The translations under genes and the position numbers were made by a program. Below are positions 1 through 9,619 of a stretch of DNA of 48,283 nt, piece after piece. How positions within the stretch are numbered: position 1 is the first letter of the stretch; every line of letters starts with the position of its first letter. Origin of the DNA: Urbifossiella sp. GTDB lineage: Bacteria > Planctomycetota > Planctomycetia > Gemmatales > Gemmataceae. Location: NCBI GenBank assembly GCA_035571955.1, contig DATNBQ010000600.1, positions 1-48,283 of the forward strand, in the 5' to 3' direction. The notes beneath the pieces are model-generated. The model searched no databases. It saw only the letters and a program-made list of their open reading frames with translations, and was not told the DNA's origin.

Positions 1-2
1 TG

Positions 3-1208
3 CTCTTCCAGTTCGGCGGCCCGAGCCACCTCGATACGTTCGATCCCAAGCCGGACGCTCCCTCCGGCATTCGCGGCGAGTTCAAGACCATCCGCACGAA
101 GACGCCCGGCTTGCTCGTGACCGAACATCTGCCGAAGCTGGCCGAGCGATCGCATCGGTATTCCGTGGTGCGGAGCGTGCGGCATACGCGTTCCAGCCAC
201 AACTCCGGCGCGTATTACTCCCTCACCGGCCGCGAACCGCTGATCGACATCGTCACGGCCAACGCTTCGGCCACGGACTTCCCGCACCCCGGATCGGTGA
301 TTGGCGCGCTGCGTCCGCCGGACCAGAACGTGCCGCCGTTCGTGGCCCTGCCGACAATGATTGCCGATGGCCCGTTTCGAACGCCGGGCGAGTTCGCCGG
401 CCTGCTCGGCAAGGCGCACGACCCCTTGTGGGTGCTCAAGGATCCGAACGCCCGCGACTTCCAGGTGCGCGAACTGGCGCCGCCCGCGGGGGTGGATGTG
501 GGCCGCCTCGCCGACCGCAAATCGCTTCAGGCCGGGCTCGCCGGGCTGAGCGAGCTTGCCGACCGCAGCGCGGAGATTAACGGCATGCGCGACTACCAGG
601 CCCGGGCCATCGACCTGTTGGCCGCGCCGCGCACGCAGAAGGCGTTCGCCATGGAGGAAGAGAAGAGCGCCACCCGCGACCGCTACGGCCGGAACAGTTA
701 CGGGCAAAGCGTCTTGCTTGCGCGCCGGCTCGTCGAGGCGGGCGTGCGCTTCGTCACCGTCTATTACTCGCCGGGCATTGGCGGCTGGGACACCCACAAG
801 AATAACTTCTCGACGCTCAAGAATAGCCGGTTGCCCCACAACGATGCCGCAGTCGCGGCACTCCTGGACGACCTGCACGACCGCGGACTGCTCGACGAGA
901 CGCTCGTCTACTGGACCGGCGATTTCGGGCGAACGCCGAAGGTGAATAAGGATGCCGGCCGCGATCACTGGCCGCAGTGCATGTCGGTGCTGATGGCCGG
1001 CGGCGGCATCCGCGGCGGAACGACCTACGGCGCTTCCGATCCGACCGGGGCCTTTCCCAAAGACGACCCATGCCGCCCGGACGACATCACGGCCACGGTC
1101 TTCCACGCCGTTGGCCTCGATCCGGCGACCGAGATTCGCGATCAGCTCGGCCGGCCGATGCCAATCTCGACCGGCACGCCGATTCGTCCTCTCGTCGAGT
1201 CGTCTTGA
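3..1208 (+). CDS. DUF1501 family protein (5' partial, runs off window start)
   Basis: The frame is open from base 3 (LFQFGGPSHLDTFDPK). It carries the DUF1501 hallmark motifs GGPSHLDTFDPK, YGRNSYGQSVLLARRLVEAGVRFV, WDTH, GDFGRTPKVN and GRDHWP. Confidence 0.92.
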   Translation, partial: LFQFGGPSHLDTFDPKPDAPSGIRGEFKTIRTKTPGLLVTEHLPKLAERSHRYSVVRSVRHTRSSHNSGAYYSLTGREPLIDIVTANASATDFPHPGSVIGALRPPDQNVPPFVALPTMIADGPFRTPGEFAGLLGKAHDPLWVLKDPNARDFQVRELAPPAGVDVGRLADRKSLQAGLAGLSELADRSAEINGMRDYQARAIDLLAAPRTQKAFAMEEEKSATRDRYGRNSYGQSVLLARRLVEAGVRFVTVYYSPGIGGWDTHKNNFSTLKNSRLPHNDAAVAALLDDLHDRGLLDETLVYWTGDFGRTPKVNKDAGRDHWPQCMSVLMAGGGIRGGTTYGASDPTGAFPKDDPCRPDDITATVFHAVGLDPATEIRDQLGRPMPISTGTPIRPLVESS

Positions 1209-1276
1209 GCATGGACTCCTTTCCCGATGCCCATTCTAAGCACTTGCACTGTCCGTGAAACCTTTTCAGATTCTGC

Positions 1277-1305
1277 TTGCGAAGGGCCGACGGCTCTTCA
1301 ATAAT
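1277..1305 (+). promoter_or_regulatory. Candidate sigma70-type promoter for the MoxR/DUF58 cluster 1
   Basis: TTGCGA-N17-AATAAT, about 50 bp upstream of the ATG at 1354. Confidence 0.4.
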
Positions 1306-1353
1306 GCTCCCTACCCCTTGCGGACATCCGGACTTCATTGCGGCAGAGGCGCT

Positions 1354-2241
1354 ATGCGATTTCCCATTGGCGAAATGACCGTTGGCGACATCCTGGATCG
1401 CGGCATCAAACTCCTCTTCGCACGCCTTCCGGTTTACTATGCGATCAACATTCTCGTTTTGAGCCCGTACATTTTGTTTCAAATCGCAATTCCATTCATC
1501 GTTCAGGGAGACCCCGGCAATCCGGCGACGCTGCCCGCCATCCTGGCACTGTCGCTCGGGGCCCTCGTCGTTCTCGTGATCCTTCAACCCATCGGCATGG
1601 CCGCCGTACTGTACATCATCATGGAAGAGTACGCCGGACGGCACGTGAGCATCGGGCAGGCCCTGGCGTTCGGGTGCAGCCGCTTCCCCACGCTCCTGGG
1701 CGCTTCGATCCTGTTCGGGTTGATGTTCATCATTGGCTGGATTCTCTGCTGCATCCCCGGCATCTACCTGGGGATCACCTACATCTTTTTCGGGCAGGCC
1801 GTGGTGCTCGAACGGATGAACGTCAGCGAATCGTTTTCGCGAAGCCAAAGTCTGGTGACCGGCCATCGCTGGCGCGTCTTCGGTGTCGTTGTGCTGGTCT
1901 ACATCGGCATGATCATCGTGACGCTGGGCGTGCAGCTTGGCCTCCTGGCCGCCCTTCCCACCCAGGAACTGGTGCCGATGGAAGAAGGGATCAAAGTCGA
2001 GTTCAATCCCGTCAACCACATCGTGGATACGCTGGTCACGCAGTTGGTCAGCATCCTGTTCTCCACCTACCTGGCCGTCTGCGTCACGCTGCTTTACCTC
2101 GACCTGCGGATTCGTAAGGAGGGCTTCGATCTCGAACTGGCGGCCGAGGGGGAGGGCCCACGTCCCGATGGGAACGGCGATGACTTCGACGACGATGAGG
2201 GAGACGACCGCGAACGGTATCGCGAGGACCGCCTCCGATGA
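1354..2241 (+). CDS. Polytopic membrane protein of the MoxR/DUF58/DUF4350 cluster (GDPD-membrane-domain-like family)
   Basis: Start reassigned to the ATG at 1354 (GAGG upstream). N-terminal MTVGDILDRGIKL, about 5-6 hydrophobic helices, conserved C-terminal LLYLDLRIRKEGFDLE and an acidic tail. Confidence 0.85.
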   Translation: MRFPIGEMTVGDILDRGIKLLFARLPVYYAINILVLSPYILFQIAIPFIVQGDPGNPATLPAILALSLGALVVLVILQPIGMAAVLYIIMEEYAGRHVSIGQALAFGCSRFPTLLGASILFGLMFIIGWILCCIPGIYLGITYIFFGQAVVLERMNVSESFSRSQSLVTGHRWRVFGVVVLVYIGMIIVTLGVQLGLLAALPTQELVPMEEGIKVEFNPVNHIVDTLVTQLVSILFSTYLAVCVTLLYLDLRIRKEGFDLELAAEGEGPRPDGNGDDFDDDEGDDRERYREDRLR

Positions 2242-2894
2242 TTCCGCGAACGATCTTCGTGGTCGGAGCGTTGCTGCTTGGGTCTTCCCCCGCCGCCGAA
2301 TCGGCTTCCCCCGATGCCATTCGCCGGACGACCGAAGAGGTCTTTCGCCGGCGCGAGTTCCAGTCCGCGGGTTCCGAAGGGACGAACTGGCTCGGGCGAC
2401 AGTTGCGGGCGATCTTCGAATGGCTCGCGCAGCTTCACGAGCTTTCGCCGCTCCTTTTCTGGTCGGTCCTGCTCCTTTGCATCGCGGCGCTGATCTTGCT
2501 GATTGTCCATCTCGCATTCGCCGTGCGCCGCATGGTGTCGTTCGAGCGGAATCCGAAGCCGCGCCCCGAGGGGGAAGAGGAGCGGCGGATGCTTTCCTCC
2601 GCCTATCAACGGGAAGCGGATGTTCGCGCCGCGGCCGGCGACTATACGGAAGCGGTGCGGTTTCTCTTCCTCGCGCTCGTTTACCGCTTCGATGAACGAG
2701 GCCGAATTGCCCTGCACAAGTCGTACACCAATCGTGAATACCTGGGCCTACTCGGGGAGCGGACGCCGGCGCGAGCCGCCCTTCACGTAATGGTGGATGC
2801 CCTGGACGACCATTGGTACGGACAGCGCCCGTGTCGGCGGGAACAGTATGAAGGTTGCCGGCAGGCGTTCGACCGCCTCATCGCCGGCGTCTGA
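2238..2894 (+). CDS. DUF4129 domain membrane protein
   Basis: Signal-like N-terminus and one TM helix, then AAAGDYTEAVRFLFLALV...SYTNREYL...DHWYGQRP typical of DUF4129. ATGA overlap with the upstream gene. Confidence 0.85.
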   Translation: MIPRTIFVVGALLLGSSPAAESASPDAIRRTTEEVFRRREFQSAGSEGTNWLGRQLRAIFEWLAQLHELSPLLFWSVLLLCIAALILLIVHLAFAVRRMVSFERNPKPRPEGEEERRMLSSAYQREADVRAAAGDYTEAVRFLFLALVYRFDERGRIALHKSYTNREYLGLLGERTPARAALHVMVDALDDHWYGQRPCRREQYEGCRQAFDRLIAGV

Positions 2895-2914
2895 CAGGAG
2901 CAGCGACTCGCATC

Positions 2915-4105
2915 ATGGCCTCCGCGCTTCCCGGCGATCCCCCCGCGGATCCGGCATCCCGCTTCTGGTGGGCCATTCCGGCAATCGGCGTCGTGCTGCT
3001 GGCCGTCTTCGCCATGGTTTTCGGCTCCGGTCCCAAGAAAGTCGACTTCGGCACCAGCTACGACGCTACTTCGCGCGGTTCGCGGGCCGCTTACCTCGTG
3101 CTGGAGGAACTCGGCTATCCGGTCGAACGATCGCGGCGGGCCGTGGGTGGCGACGTGCGCTGGCTGCTTTTTCCCAGTGCCGCAACCGCTCGAGACGCGG
3201 CGCCGCTCCGCGACTGGATTCGTCGGGGTGGAATCGTTCTGCTCGCGGTCGACGACTCCGAGTTTGCCCAACACCTCGGTCTCAAGCTTGCGATCTCGGG
3301 CAATGAGCCGAGTTCGCATCCCGAAGCCATGCAACCCCGAAAGCGGTCCCGCCCCGGCGAAGTTTATCCGGCCGAAGCGCCGGACGTGAAGAGCGTGCGT
3401 GCCGGCAATCTTCAAGTCGAGGGACCGCCCGCGCAGGATACTTGGGGAACTTTGGATGGCCGACCGCTGGTCAGCGTCTACCGCGAGGGCGCCGGCGAAA
3501 TCTGGTTGCTGAAGCGCCCGGATGTGTTCACGAACGCGAACCTCCAGGGCGAAGACAATGCGGTACTCCTGTGCCGGCTGGCCGACGCCATGCTGGACGA
3601 GCGGCCGGGGCGGATCGCATTCGATGAGTTCTGCCACGGCTTGCGGGACCGGCCGTCGGTCGGCGAGCTTCTCTTCCGCCCGCCGGCGCTGGCGGCGACC
3701 TTGGAAGTTCTCTTCTTGACATGCCTGGCCCTCTGGCACTTCGGGATGCGCTTCGGCCCGGTGCGGTCGTCCCCGCCGCCGGCGCGCCGGGCCAAGGAAG
3801 AATTCCTCGATGCCATGACCGAGTTGCTGGCGCGGCACGGCGACCGCGGCGAGGCGTTCCGGACGATTCGCGACGAATTCCTGCACCGGCTGCAGGTGGG
3901 CCTCGGCTTGCCCGCCGGTGCGTCGATTTCCGCCACCGTGGAAGAGGCCGTGCGGCGCCGCGGCCTTTCGCCCGAACCTCTTCGGACGCTATTGGCGGCT
4001 GCCGAACCGCCGGCGGGTCGAAACGCCTCCGCATTCCTTGCGGCCTTGCACCACCTGGACGACCTCACACATGAACTCTCCCAGCCCCGAAAGTGGGATC
4101 GCTGA
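2915..4105 (+). CDS. DUF4350 domain membrane protein
   Basis: Start at ATG 2915 (AGGAG upstream). N-terminal TM, SYDATSRGSRAAYLVL, LRDWIRRGG, GAGEIWLL..PDVFTNANL..EDNAVL, IAFDEFCHG, second TM and RFGPV. Confidence 0.85.
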   Translation: MASALPGDPPADPASRFWWAIPAIGVVLLAVFAMVFGSGPKKVDFGTSYDATSRGSRAAYLVLEELGYPVERSRRAVGGDVRWLLFPSAATARDAAPLRDWIRRGGIVLLAVDDSEFAQHLGLKLAISGNEPSSHPEAMQPRKRSRPGEVYPAEAPDVKSVRAGNLQVEGPPAQDTWGTLDGRPLVSVYREGAGEIWLLKRPDVFTNANLQGEDNAVLLCRLADAMLDERPGRIAFDEFCHGLRDRPSVGELLFRPPALAATLEVLFLTCLALWHFGMRFGPVRSSPPPARRAKEEFLDAMTELLARHGDRGEAFRTIRDEFLHRLQVGLGLPAGASISATVEEAVRRRGLSPEPLRTLLAAAEPPAGRNASAFLAALHHLDDLTHELSQPRKWDR

Positions 4106-5039
4106 TCTGTATGCTGCCGCGCGCCGTGAGATCGCCAAGGTGATCGTCGGCGCGGATGACTTGGTGGAACACGTTCTGATCGCTCTGTTCGCGGGCGGCC
4201 ACGTGCTCATCGAGGGGGTGCCGGGAACGGCCAAGACGCTGCTCGTCCGCGTCGTCGCGCAACTCTTCGACTGCTGCTTCCGCCGCGTGCAGTTCACGCC
4301 GGACCTTATGCCGGCGGACATTACGGGCACGAACGTCTTCGACCCGCGCGATCAAAGCTTTCGCTTCCGCCAGGGCCCCGTGTTCGCGCAACTGCTCCTG
4401 GGCGACGAAATCAATCGGGCGCCGCCGAAAACCCAGGCGGCCCTGCTCGAGGCCATGCAAGAACGTCAAGTCACCGTGGACGGCGTTTCGCATCGGCTGC
4501 CCACCTTATTCACCGTCTTCGCCACGCAAAACCCCGTGGAGCAGGAAGGCACGTACCCGCTGCCGGAGGCGCAGCTGGATCGCTTCATGATGAAGGTGCA
4601 CGCCGACTACCCGGAGGAAGCGGGCGAAGTCGAGGTGCTTCGCGTGCACCAGCGCGGCCTGCGCGTCGACGATCTGAAGAGGTTCGACCTGCAGCGGATC
4701 GGCGGCGAGGCGGAATTGCTCGCGGCCCAAGACGAAATCCACAACCGGACGATTCGGGATGAATTGCTCGGCTACATCGCACGCGTGGTGCGCGGCACGC
4801 GCGACAACCTCAAGGTCGAAGTCGGCGCGAGCCCCCGCGCCGGACTGATGGTGCTGACCGCGGCCAAAGCGCGGGCCGCGCTGCGCGGCCGGCCCCACGT
4901 CCTTCCAGACGATATCAAGGCGGTCGTCAAACCGGTCCTCCGCCATCGCTTGGTGCTCAAGCCCAACGCGGAGGTCGACGGATTTTCCGCAGACGACGTG
5001 CTCGACGAGGTACTCGGCCGAACGGAGATTCCCCGATGA
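4071..5039 (+). CDS. moxR: MoxR-family AAA+ ATPase
   Basis: GHVLIEGVPGTAKT (Walker A), RVQFTPDLMPADITG, LLGDEINRAPPKTQAALLEAMQE and ATQNPVEQEGTYPLPEAQLDRF. Start reassigned to ATG 4071. Confidence 0.95.
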   Translation: MNSPSPESGIADLYAAARREIAKVIVGADDLVEHVLIALFAGGHVLIEGVPGTAKTLLVRVVAQLFDCCFRRVQFTPDLMPADITGTNVFDPRDQSFRFRQGPVFAQLLLGDEINRAPPKTQAALLEAMQERQVTVDGVSHRLPTLFTVFATQNPVEQEGTYPLPEAQLDRFMMKVHADYPEEAGEVEVLRVHQRGLRVDDLKRFDLQRIGGEAELLAAQDEIHNRTIRDELLGYIARVVRGTRDNLKVEVGASPRAGLMVLTAAKARAALRGRPHVLPDDIKAVVKPVLRHRLVLKPNAEVDGFSADDVLDEVLGRTEIPR

Positions 5040-6349
5040 GGTTTGCGCCATCGCGGCGGTTCCTCCTGGTGATTGGCGCACTGGCCGCGGCGGCGCTCGC
5101 GCTGCTGATTTTTCCAGGCGCCTGGCCCGCGCTGCTCGCCGCCAACCTGGCGTTCCTGCTGGTCGCCGCGATCGACCTGGCAATCACCCCGCGCCTTTCG
5201 ATGCTTGATGCCGAGCGGCTGGCGCCGCCGCGCATGTCCGTCGCCAACGAACAGCGCATCGCGATTCTCGTGAAGAACCGGTCGGGCGCGCGCCTGACGA
5301 TCCGGATTCGCGATGCGGCCCCGCCGGAGTTTCAGAGCGAGGCGGAACTGACGGGCGTTGTCCCGCCGTTCGGCGAGACGCGCTGGGAATACGCGGTGAC
5401 GTCGCGACTCCGCGGCCGCTTTGCCTGGGGGCCTATTTACCTGCGTTACTGGTCGCTGCTCGGCCTTTGGGAACGGTGCGCACTCGCGGAAGCCCCCAGC
5501 GAGACCCGGGTGTATCCGAACCTGAACCTTCTGGAACGCTACCATCTGCTCGCCCGTTCGGATCGGCTCTCGGCGCTCGGCATTCGCCGCGTGCGCTTTC
5601 GCGGCGGATCGACCGAATTCGAATCGCTGCGGGAATATTCCTTTGGCGACGACGTGCGGCAACTGGACTGGAAAGCCACCGCGCGCCGCGGACGCCTGAC
5701 CGTTCGCCTTCGCGAGGCCGAACGCAATCAGACCGTCCTTCTCGTGCTCGACTGCGGCCGGCTCATGAACGCGACCGAGAACGGCGTCTCCAAACTCGAT
5801 CATGCGGTGAACGCCGCCTTGTTGCTCGCTCATGTGGCTCTGGCCCGCGGCGATCGGGTCGGGCTCTGCACGTTCTCCGGAAAGGTGCAAGCCTGGCTCG
5901 TTCCCCGCGGCAACACGGCGCAGAACCGGCTGATCGGCGACAGCCTGTTCGACCTCGCCGGCGACTTCACCGAAAGCGATCACGGCCGCTGCCTGAGGTT
6001 CGTCGCCGCCCGCCATCCCAAACGCTCCCTGCTCGTGGTGCTCACGGATTTCGTCGATGCGACCACTGCCGCGGATATGGTCGCCCATTTGCAACTCGCC
6101 GCGCGGCGACACGTCGTCCTTTTCGCCGCTCTGAAGGATACCTTTCTGGAGCAGGCGGCCGCTTTAAAGCCGCAAACGGATCGCGAAGGCTTTCGCAAGG
6201 CCGCGGCCATCGAACTGTTGCGCGAACGGCGAGAAGTGCTGGAGCGGATTCGCCGCGCGGGAGGACACGCAATCGACGCGGCGCCCGGCGACATCGCGCC
6301 GCCCATTATCAACGGCTATCTCGAAGCGATGTTCGGCGGCTGGCTCTGA
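5036..6349 (+). CDS. DUF58 (vWA-related) protein with N-terminal TM helices
   Basis: EFESLREYSFGDDVRQLDWKATARRG, VLDCGRLM, GDRVGL and VVLTDF motifs. ATGA-coupled to moxR. Confidence 0.92.
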   Translation: MRFAPSRRFLLVIGALAAAALALLIFPGAWPALLAANLAFLLVAAIDLAITPRLSMLDAERLAPPRMSVANEQRIAILVKNRSGARLTIRIRDAAPPEFQSEAELTGVVPPFGETRWEYAVTSRLRGRFAWGPIYLRYWSLLGLWERCALAEAPSETRVYPNLNLLERYHLLARSDRLSALGIRRVRFRGGSTEFESLREYSFGDDVRQLDWKATARRGRLTVRLREAERNQTVLLVLDCGRLMNATENGVSKLDHAVNAALLLAHVALARGDRVGLCTFSGKVQAWLVPRGNTAQNRLIGDSLFDLAGDFTESDHGRCLRFVAARHPKRSLLVVLTDFVDATTAADMVAHLQLAARRHVVLFAALKDTFLEQAAALKPQTDREGFRKAAAIELLRERREVLERIRRAGGHAIDAAPGDIAPPIINGYLEAMFGGWL

Positions 6350-7326
6350 GAGCGGCCGGCCAGTCCGATATAGAGCGCGAAAAGGAGCCCGGTGCCTCCC
6401 GCCACGGACCAGCGGACGACCGCACCGAAATGAGGCGTCACGAATGCTTCGATGATGCCGGCCGCGACGAGCATCAGAACGGAACCGGCGAGGAGGGCAA
6501 AGGCATCGGCGGACGCCAGGCGGAATGCGTCGCCGCGGGTCAGGCGGCCCGGCGCCAACAGCGACCACCCGAGCCGGAACCCCCCGGCGGTGGATATGCA
6601 AATGGCCGAAAGCTCCAGCACGCCGTGGGTGGCGACCAGCGAATAGAATCCGAGGAAGTAGCCGCCGTTCCAGACGAGGCCTGACAGCGTGCCGAGCATG
6701 CGGCCGTTGAAGACGAGCAGAAACGCCCCGAGCACGCAGCCGAGCGAGCCGAGCGCGAACCCCATGATGGCCACTTTCACGTTGTTGCCGATTATCTGGG
6801 CCGCGACGAGCGGACTATCGGAAACGTCGAAGGTAAAGTTGCCGCGATACTCTCCCTGTTGCTTCTCCAATCGGATATTCTCGTATTCGACGATCTTCTC
6901 GTCGAACAGCGAGAAGGCGAGTTCGGGGTCGCGAACCACGGCGAGCCCCGAGATCAGGGTGGTCGAGGCGAAAACCAGCGCGGCGGCGGCAACGAACCGC
7001 CAGTTCCGCCGCAGTGCCCGGGCGAAGCCTCGGGCCGCGAAGTTGACGAGCGGCCCAAGTGACGCGCGCGAGGTCGCATACACCTGACCGTGGGCTCGCG
7101 CCGCCAGGGCATTGAGGTACTGAAGCACGGCCGGGTCGGCGCCGGACGCCCGCGCCTGCGAAAGGTCGATCGTCACTTGCCGATACAGGCTGCAAAGCCG
7201 CTTGATCTGCTCGACGGGCAGAACGGCGGCGCCGCGGCGCCCGATCCGGTCGAGCAACGCGGAGAGTTCGATCCAACGCTGGCGGCAGTTCTCGCGAATG
7301 GCGGGCCTCCGAACGCCTGAACACAT
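6316..7326 (-). CDS. Stage II sporulation protein M (SpoIIM/DUF95)-like membrane protein
   Basis: LYRQVTIDLSQAR..YLNALAARAHGQVY, IIGNNVKVAIMGFALG, HGVLELSAICIS and AGIIEAFVTP. The exact start is uncertain (7326 or 7299). Confidence 0.9.
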   Translation of the reverse strand: MCSGVRRPAIRENCRQRWIELSALLDRIGRRGAAVLPVEQIKRLCSLYRQVTIDLSQARASGADPAVLQYLNALAARAHGQVYATSRASLGPLVNFAARGFARALRRNWRFVAAAALVFASTTLISGLAVVRDPELAFSLFDEKIVEYENIRLEKQQGEYRGNFTFDVSDSPLVAAQIIGNNVKVAIMGFALGSLGCVLGAFLLVFNGRMLGTLSGLVWNGGYFLGFYSLVATHGVLELSAICISTAGGFRLGWSLLAPGRLTRGDAFRLASADAFALLAGSVLMLVAAGIIEAFVTPHFGAVVRWSVAGGTGLLFALYIGLAGRSQSQPPNIASR

Positions 7327-7351
7327 TCATACGAAACGGCGGAGAGTCGGC

Positions 7352-8143
7352 ATGCGGTGGACGGACGAACTGCGAATCGAGACGCCCGAGCAAATCGGCG
7401 TCGAACTCGAGTTGGCGGGGCTCGGGTCCCGCTTCGTCGCTCAGGTCGTCGACTGGCTCTGGAAAGGGTTCGTCACGCTGCTGTTGGTGTTGGCCGCCGC
7501 TCTCGTTCTCAGCGCCGTCGGCCGCGAGCAGATGCTAGCCGACCCATCGAAAGCGATGGCGGCACTTTTAATCGCAGGACTCTATGGCCTGTGGCTGGGA
7601 TATGGAATTTATTTCGAAACGCGCTGGAACGGGCAGACCCCGGGGAAGCGTTTTGCCCGCATCCGGGCCGTGCGGCAGAACGGCACCGCCATCGACGTGC
7701 CGACCGCATTCATCCGCAATTTGCTGGCGATCGCCGACTTCCTCCCCGCGTTCGATCTGCTCGGCGCCGTGCTCATCATGCTGACGAACAAGCGGCAGCG
7801 ACTCGGCGACCTCGCGGCCGGGACCATTGTGGTGCGCGAACGAGTCGCCGACCTTCCCGAGGAAGCCGACGAGCTTCTCGACTTCGCTTCCGACGACTTC
7901 ACGTTCTCCTTGCCGCAACTGGCTCTGATCACTCCGGCCGACCGCATCCTGATTCGTTCCTTCCTTCAGCGGTTCCACCAGATGAAGGGATCCGGCCGCG
8001 AGCGCCTGGCCTTAAAAATGGTCGATTCGTTCATCAGCAAAATGGATTACGACGCGAAGGTCGAGATTTACGATGTCCACGTCGCGCGGGAATTCCTGGC
8101 CTCCCTGCTTCGCGACTACGAGCTGGTTCGCCGGCACCAGTAA
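7352..8143 (+). CDS. RDD family membrane protein
   Basis: IETPEQIGVELELAGLGSRFVAQVVD, FETRWNGQTPGKR, IRNLLAIAD and QRLGDLAAGTIVVRE. Start at ATG 7352 with GGAGAG upstream. Confidence 0.92.
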   Translation: MRWTDELRIETPEQIGVELELAGLGSRFVAQVVDWLWKGFVTLLLVLAAALVLSAVGREQMLADPSKAMAALLIAGLYGLWLGYGIYFETRWNGQTPGKRFARIRAVRQNGTAIDVPTAFIRNLLAIADFLPAFDLLGAVLIMLTNKRQRLGDLAAGTIVVRERVADLPEEADELLDFASDDFTFSLPQLALITPADRILIRSFLQRFHQMKGSGRERLALKMVDSFISKMDYDAKVEIYDVHVAREFLASLLRDYELVRRHQ

Positions 8144-8225
8144 CGCGGTGAGCGATCCGCTGCGAGCGACGCCGCTTGGTGCGATTCGAGGAGTGAGCAT
8201 TCAGCCGACTTGCTTCGCTGCTGGT

Positions 8226-9401
8226 CTATTTTTTCGCGGAGGTCGCGAGCAGGCCGTTGACGGCCCAACCGGTTCCCCAAAGCGACCAGATGCGCGCCGC
8301 CTTGCCCTTCGCGTTAGTCACGGTCCACTCGCCGCTGTCGCCCTGGCTGGAAATCAAAAACGCCCAAGCCTTTTGCACCGCGGCATCCGAGTGGTCGCGG
8401 CCGAGGGCGCCAAGAGTGTAAAGCGCAAACCCCGTCGCCCACGCGTCGCTCTCGTAATTCCCTTTCGACCAGTCCCAGACGCTCCAGCCGCCATCCGGTT
8501 TTTGGCGATTCAAGAGGGCCGCGGTCGATTCCTCGGTCGCCTTGGCATCGTTGGCGCGGTGGGCCCGAAGCGTCCGCAGGGCGACGGCCACCAAGCTCTG
8601 CCCGGGTTTGATCTTCTTGAGGAACGCCTCGCCTCGACCGATTGCCGCGGCGACCGCAGCCGATTTCACTTCAACCGTGTGCAAGGCCAGGAGTGCCCAA
8701 ATCGTGTAGCATTCCCGCTGTTCTTTGGCTTCGCAGGGGAAGAACGGCTGGCCGGGTTCGAAGAAGCTGCCGTCCTTGTCCTGCAATTCGAGGAGTTGTT
8801 GGACGAGCTTGGCCGCGGTGTCGGCGGGCGCGGGCCCGTTGGCGGCGGCCTTGGAAATCAGCAGCCACGCCGACTGGAAGCGGGCCGCCGTGTCGTAGTA
8901 ATTCGGGTTGGCGGCTTTCTTGACAATTTCGTCGATGTTCTTCTCGATCGCCTTGGCCGGCAACACCTTCTCGAGTTCTTTCTTGAGCTCCGCCGGCGTG
9001 TTGAACTTCCGGCCGTTGAATTTCTGCAACTCGGCCTTTTTCTCGGCCGAGGCGCCGGCATTCTTCGCGAGTTCCCAGGCGGCGCCGTTGAGTTGATAAA
9101 TAAGTTTCTTGGTCGATTGTTTTGTCAGAAGATTGTCGAAGCGGCCCAGCTCCTTGCGATCGACCAGTCCGCCGCGCTGCGAGAGCGTGAGGCTGAAGAG
9201 CGCCGTCCCGCCCCAGTGGCACGAGATACACCCCTGCCCTTTGACTTCCGCCTTGGGGCTGCCGTCGCCGCCTTCGAGAAGCATGGGGAGGGCCCGTTGG
9301 GCCGCTTGCCGGGCTTGATCGGGGCCGAGAGGTTCAGCGGCCCGGACGATTGGCCCGAGAAGGAGAGAGAGAATCGCCGCAAGGAGAGCACGGGAAAACA
9401 T
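8226..9401 (-). CDS. Secreted prenyltransferase/squalene-cyclase (QW) repeat protein with an N-terminal CxxCH motif
   Basis: Signal peptide MFSRALLAAILSLLLGPIVRA, CISCH, and QW-type repeats LQDKDGSF, RQKPDGGW, SQGDSGEW and SDAWATGFALYTL. No DxDD cyclase motif seen. Confidence 0.75.
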   Translation of the reverse strand: MFSRALLAAILSLLLGPIVRAAEPLGPDQARQAAQRALPMLLEGGDGSPKAEVKGQGCISCHWGGTALFSLTLSQRGGLVDRKELGRFDNLLTKQSTKKLIYQLNGAAWELAKNAGASAEKKAELQKFNGRKFNTPAELKKELEKVLPAKAIEKNIDEIVKKAANPNYYDTAARFQSAWLLISKAAANGPAPADTAAKLVQQLLELQDKDGSFFEPGQPFFPCEAKEQRECYTIWALLALHTVEVKSAAVAAAIGRGEAFLKKIKPGQSLVAVALRTLRAHRANDAKATEESTAALLNRQKPDGGWSVWDWSKGNYESDAWATGFALYTLGALGRDHSDAAVQKAWAFLISSQGDSGEWTVTNAKGKAARIWSLWGTGWAVNGLLATSAKK

Positions 9402-9619
9402 CGCGCGGGCTCCCGGAATTGAAGAGGTCCGGCGATGCCGGGGAGGGATTGAGCTAACCGAATTCTCGCCGATAATCCCGGCGATTGCAATGGTCTTCCC
9501 GGTTGGTGTCAGGGTCGATTGCACCGCCCCCTGCGACCCTTACTCGGTTCGGCTTATGGTTCGTCCGCCGAAGGCGGCCTCATTGCAAGCGCAATCGACA
9601 ATCGCTGCCCGTCAATTCG

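Noticed and set aside
6316-7326. Sporulation function from the SpoIIM family name
   Set aside because: The family is widespread in non-sporulating bacteria within this MoxR/RDD cluster, and there are no other sporulation genes.
1087-9422. Alternative-frame and antisense ORFs (e.g. 1087-2517, 2783-3886, 4772-6112, 5467-6684, 8073-9422)
   Set aside because: They are Arg/Pro/Ala-rich, lack domain motifs and overlap confidently assigned genes.
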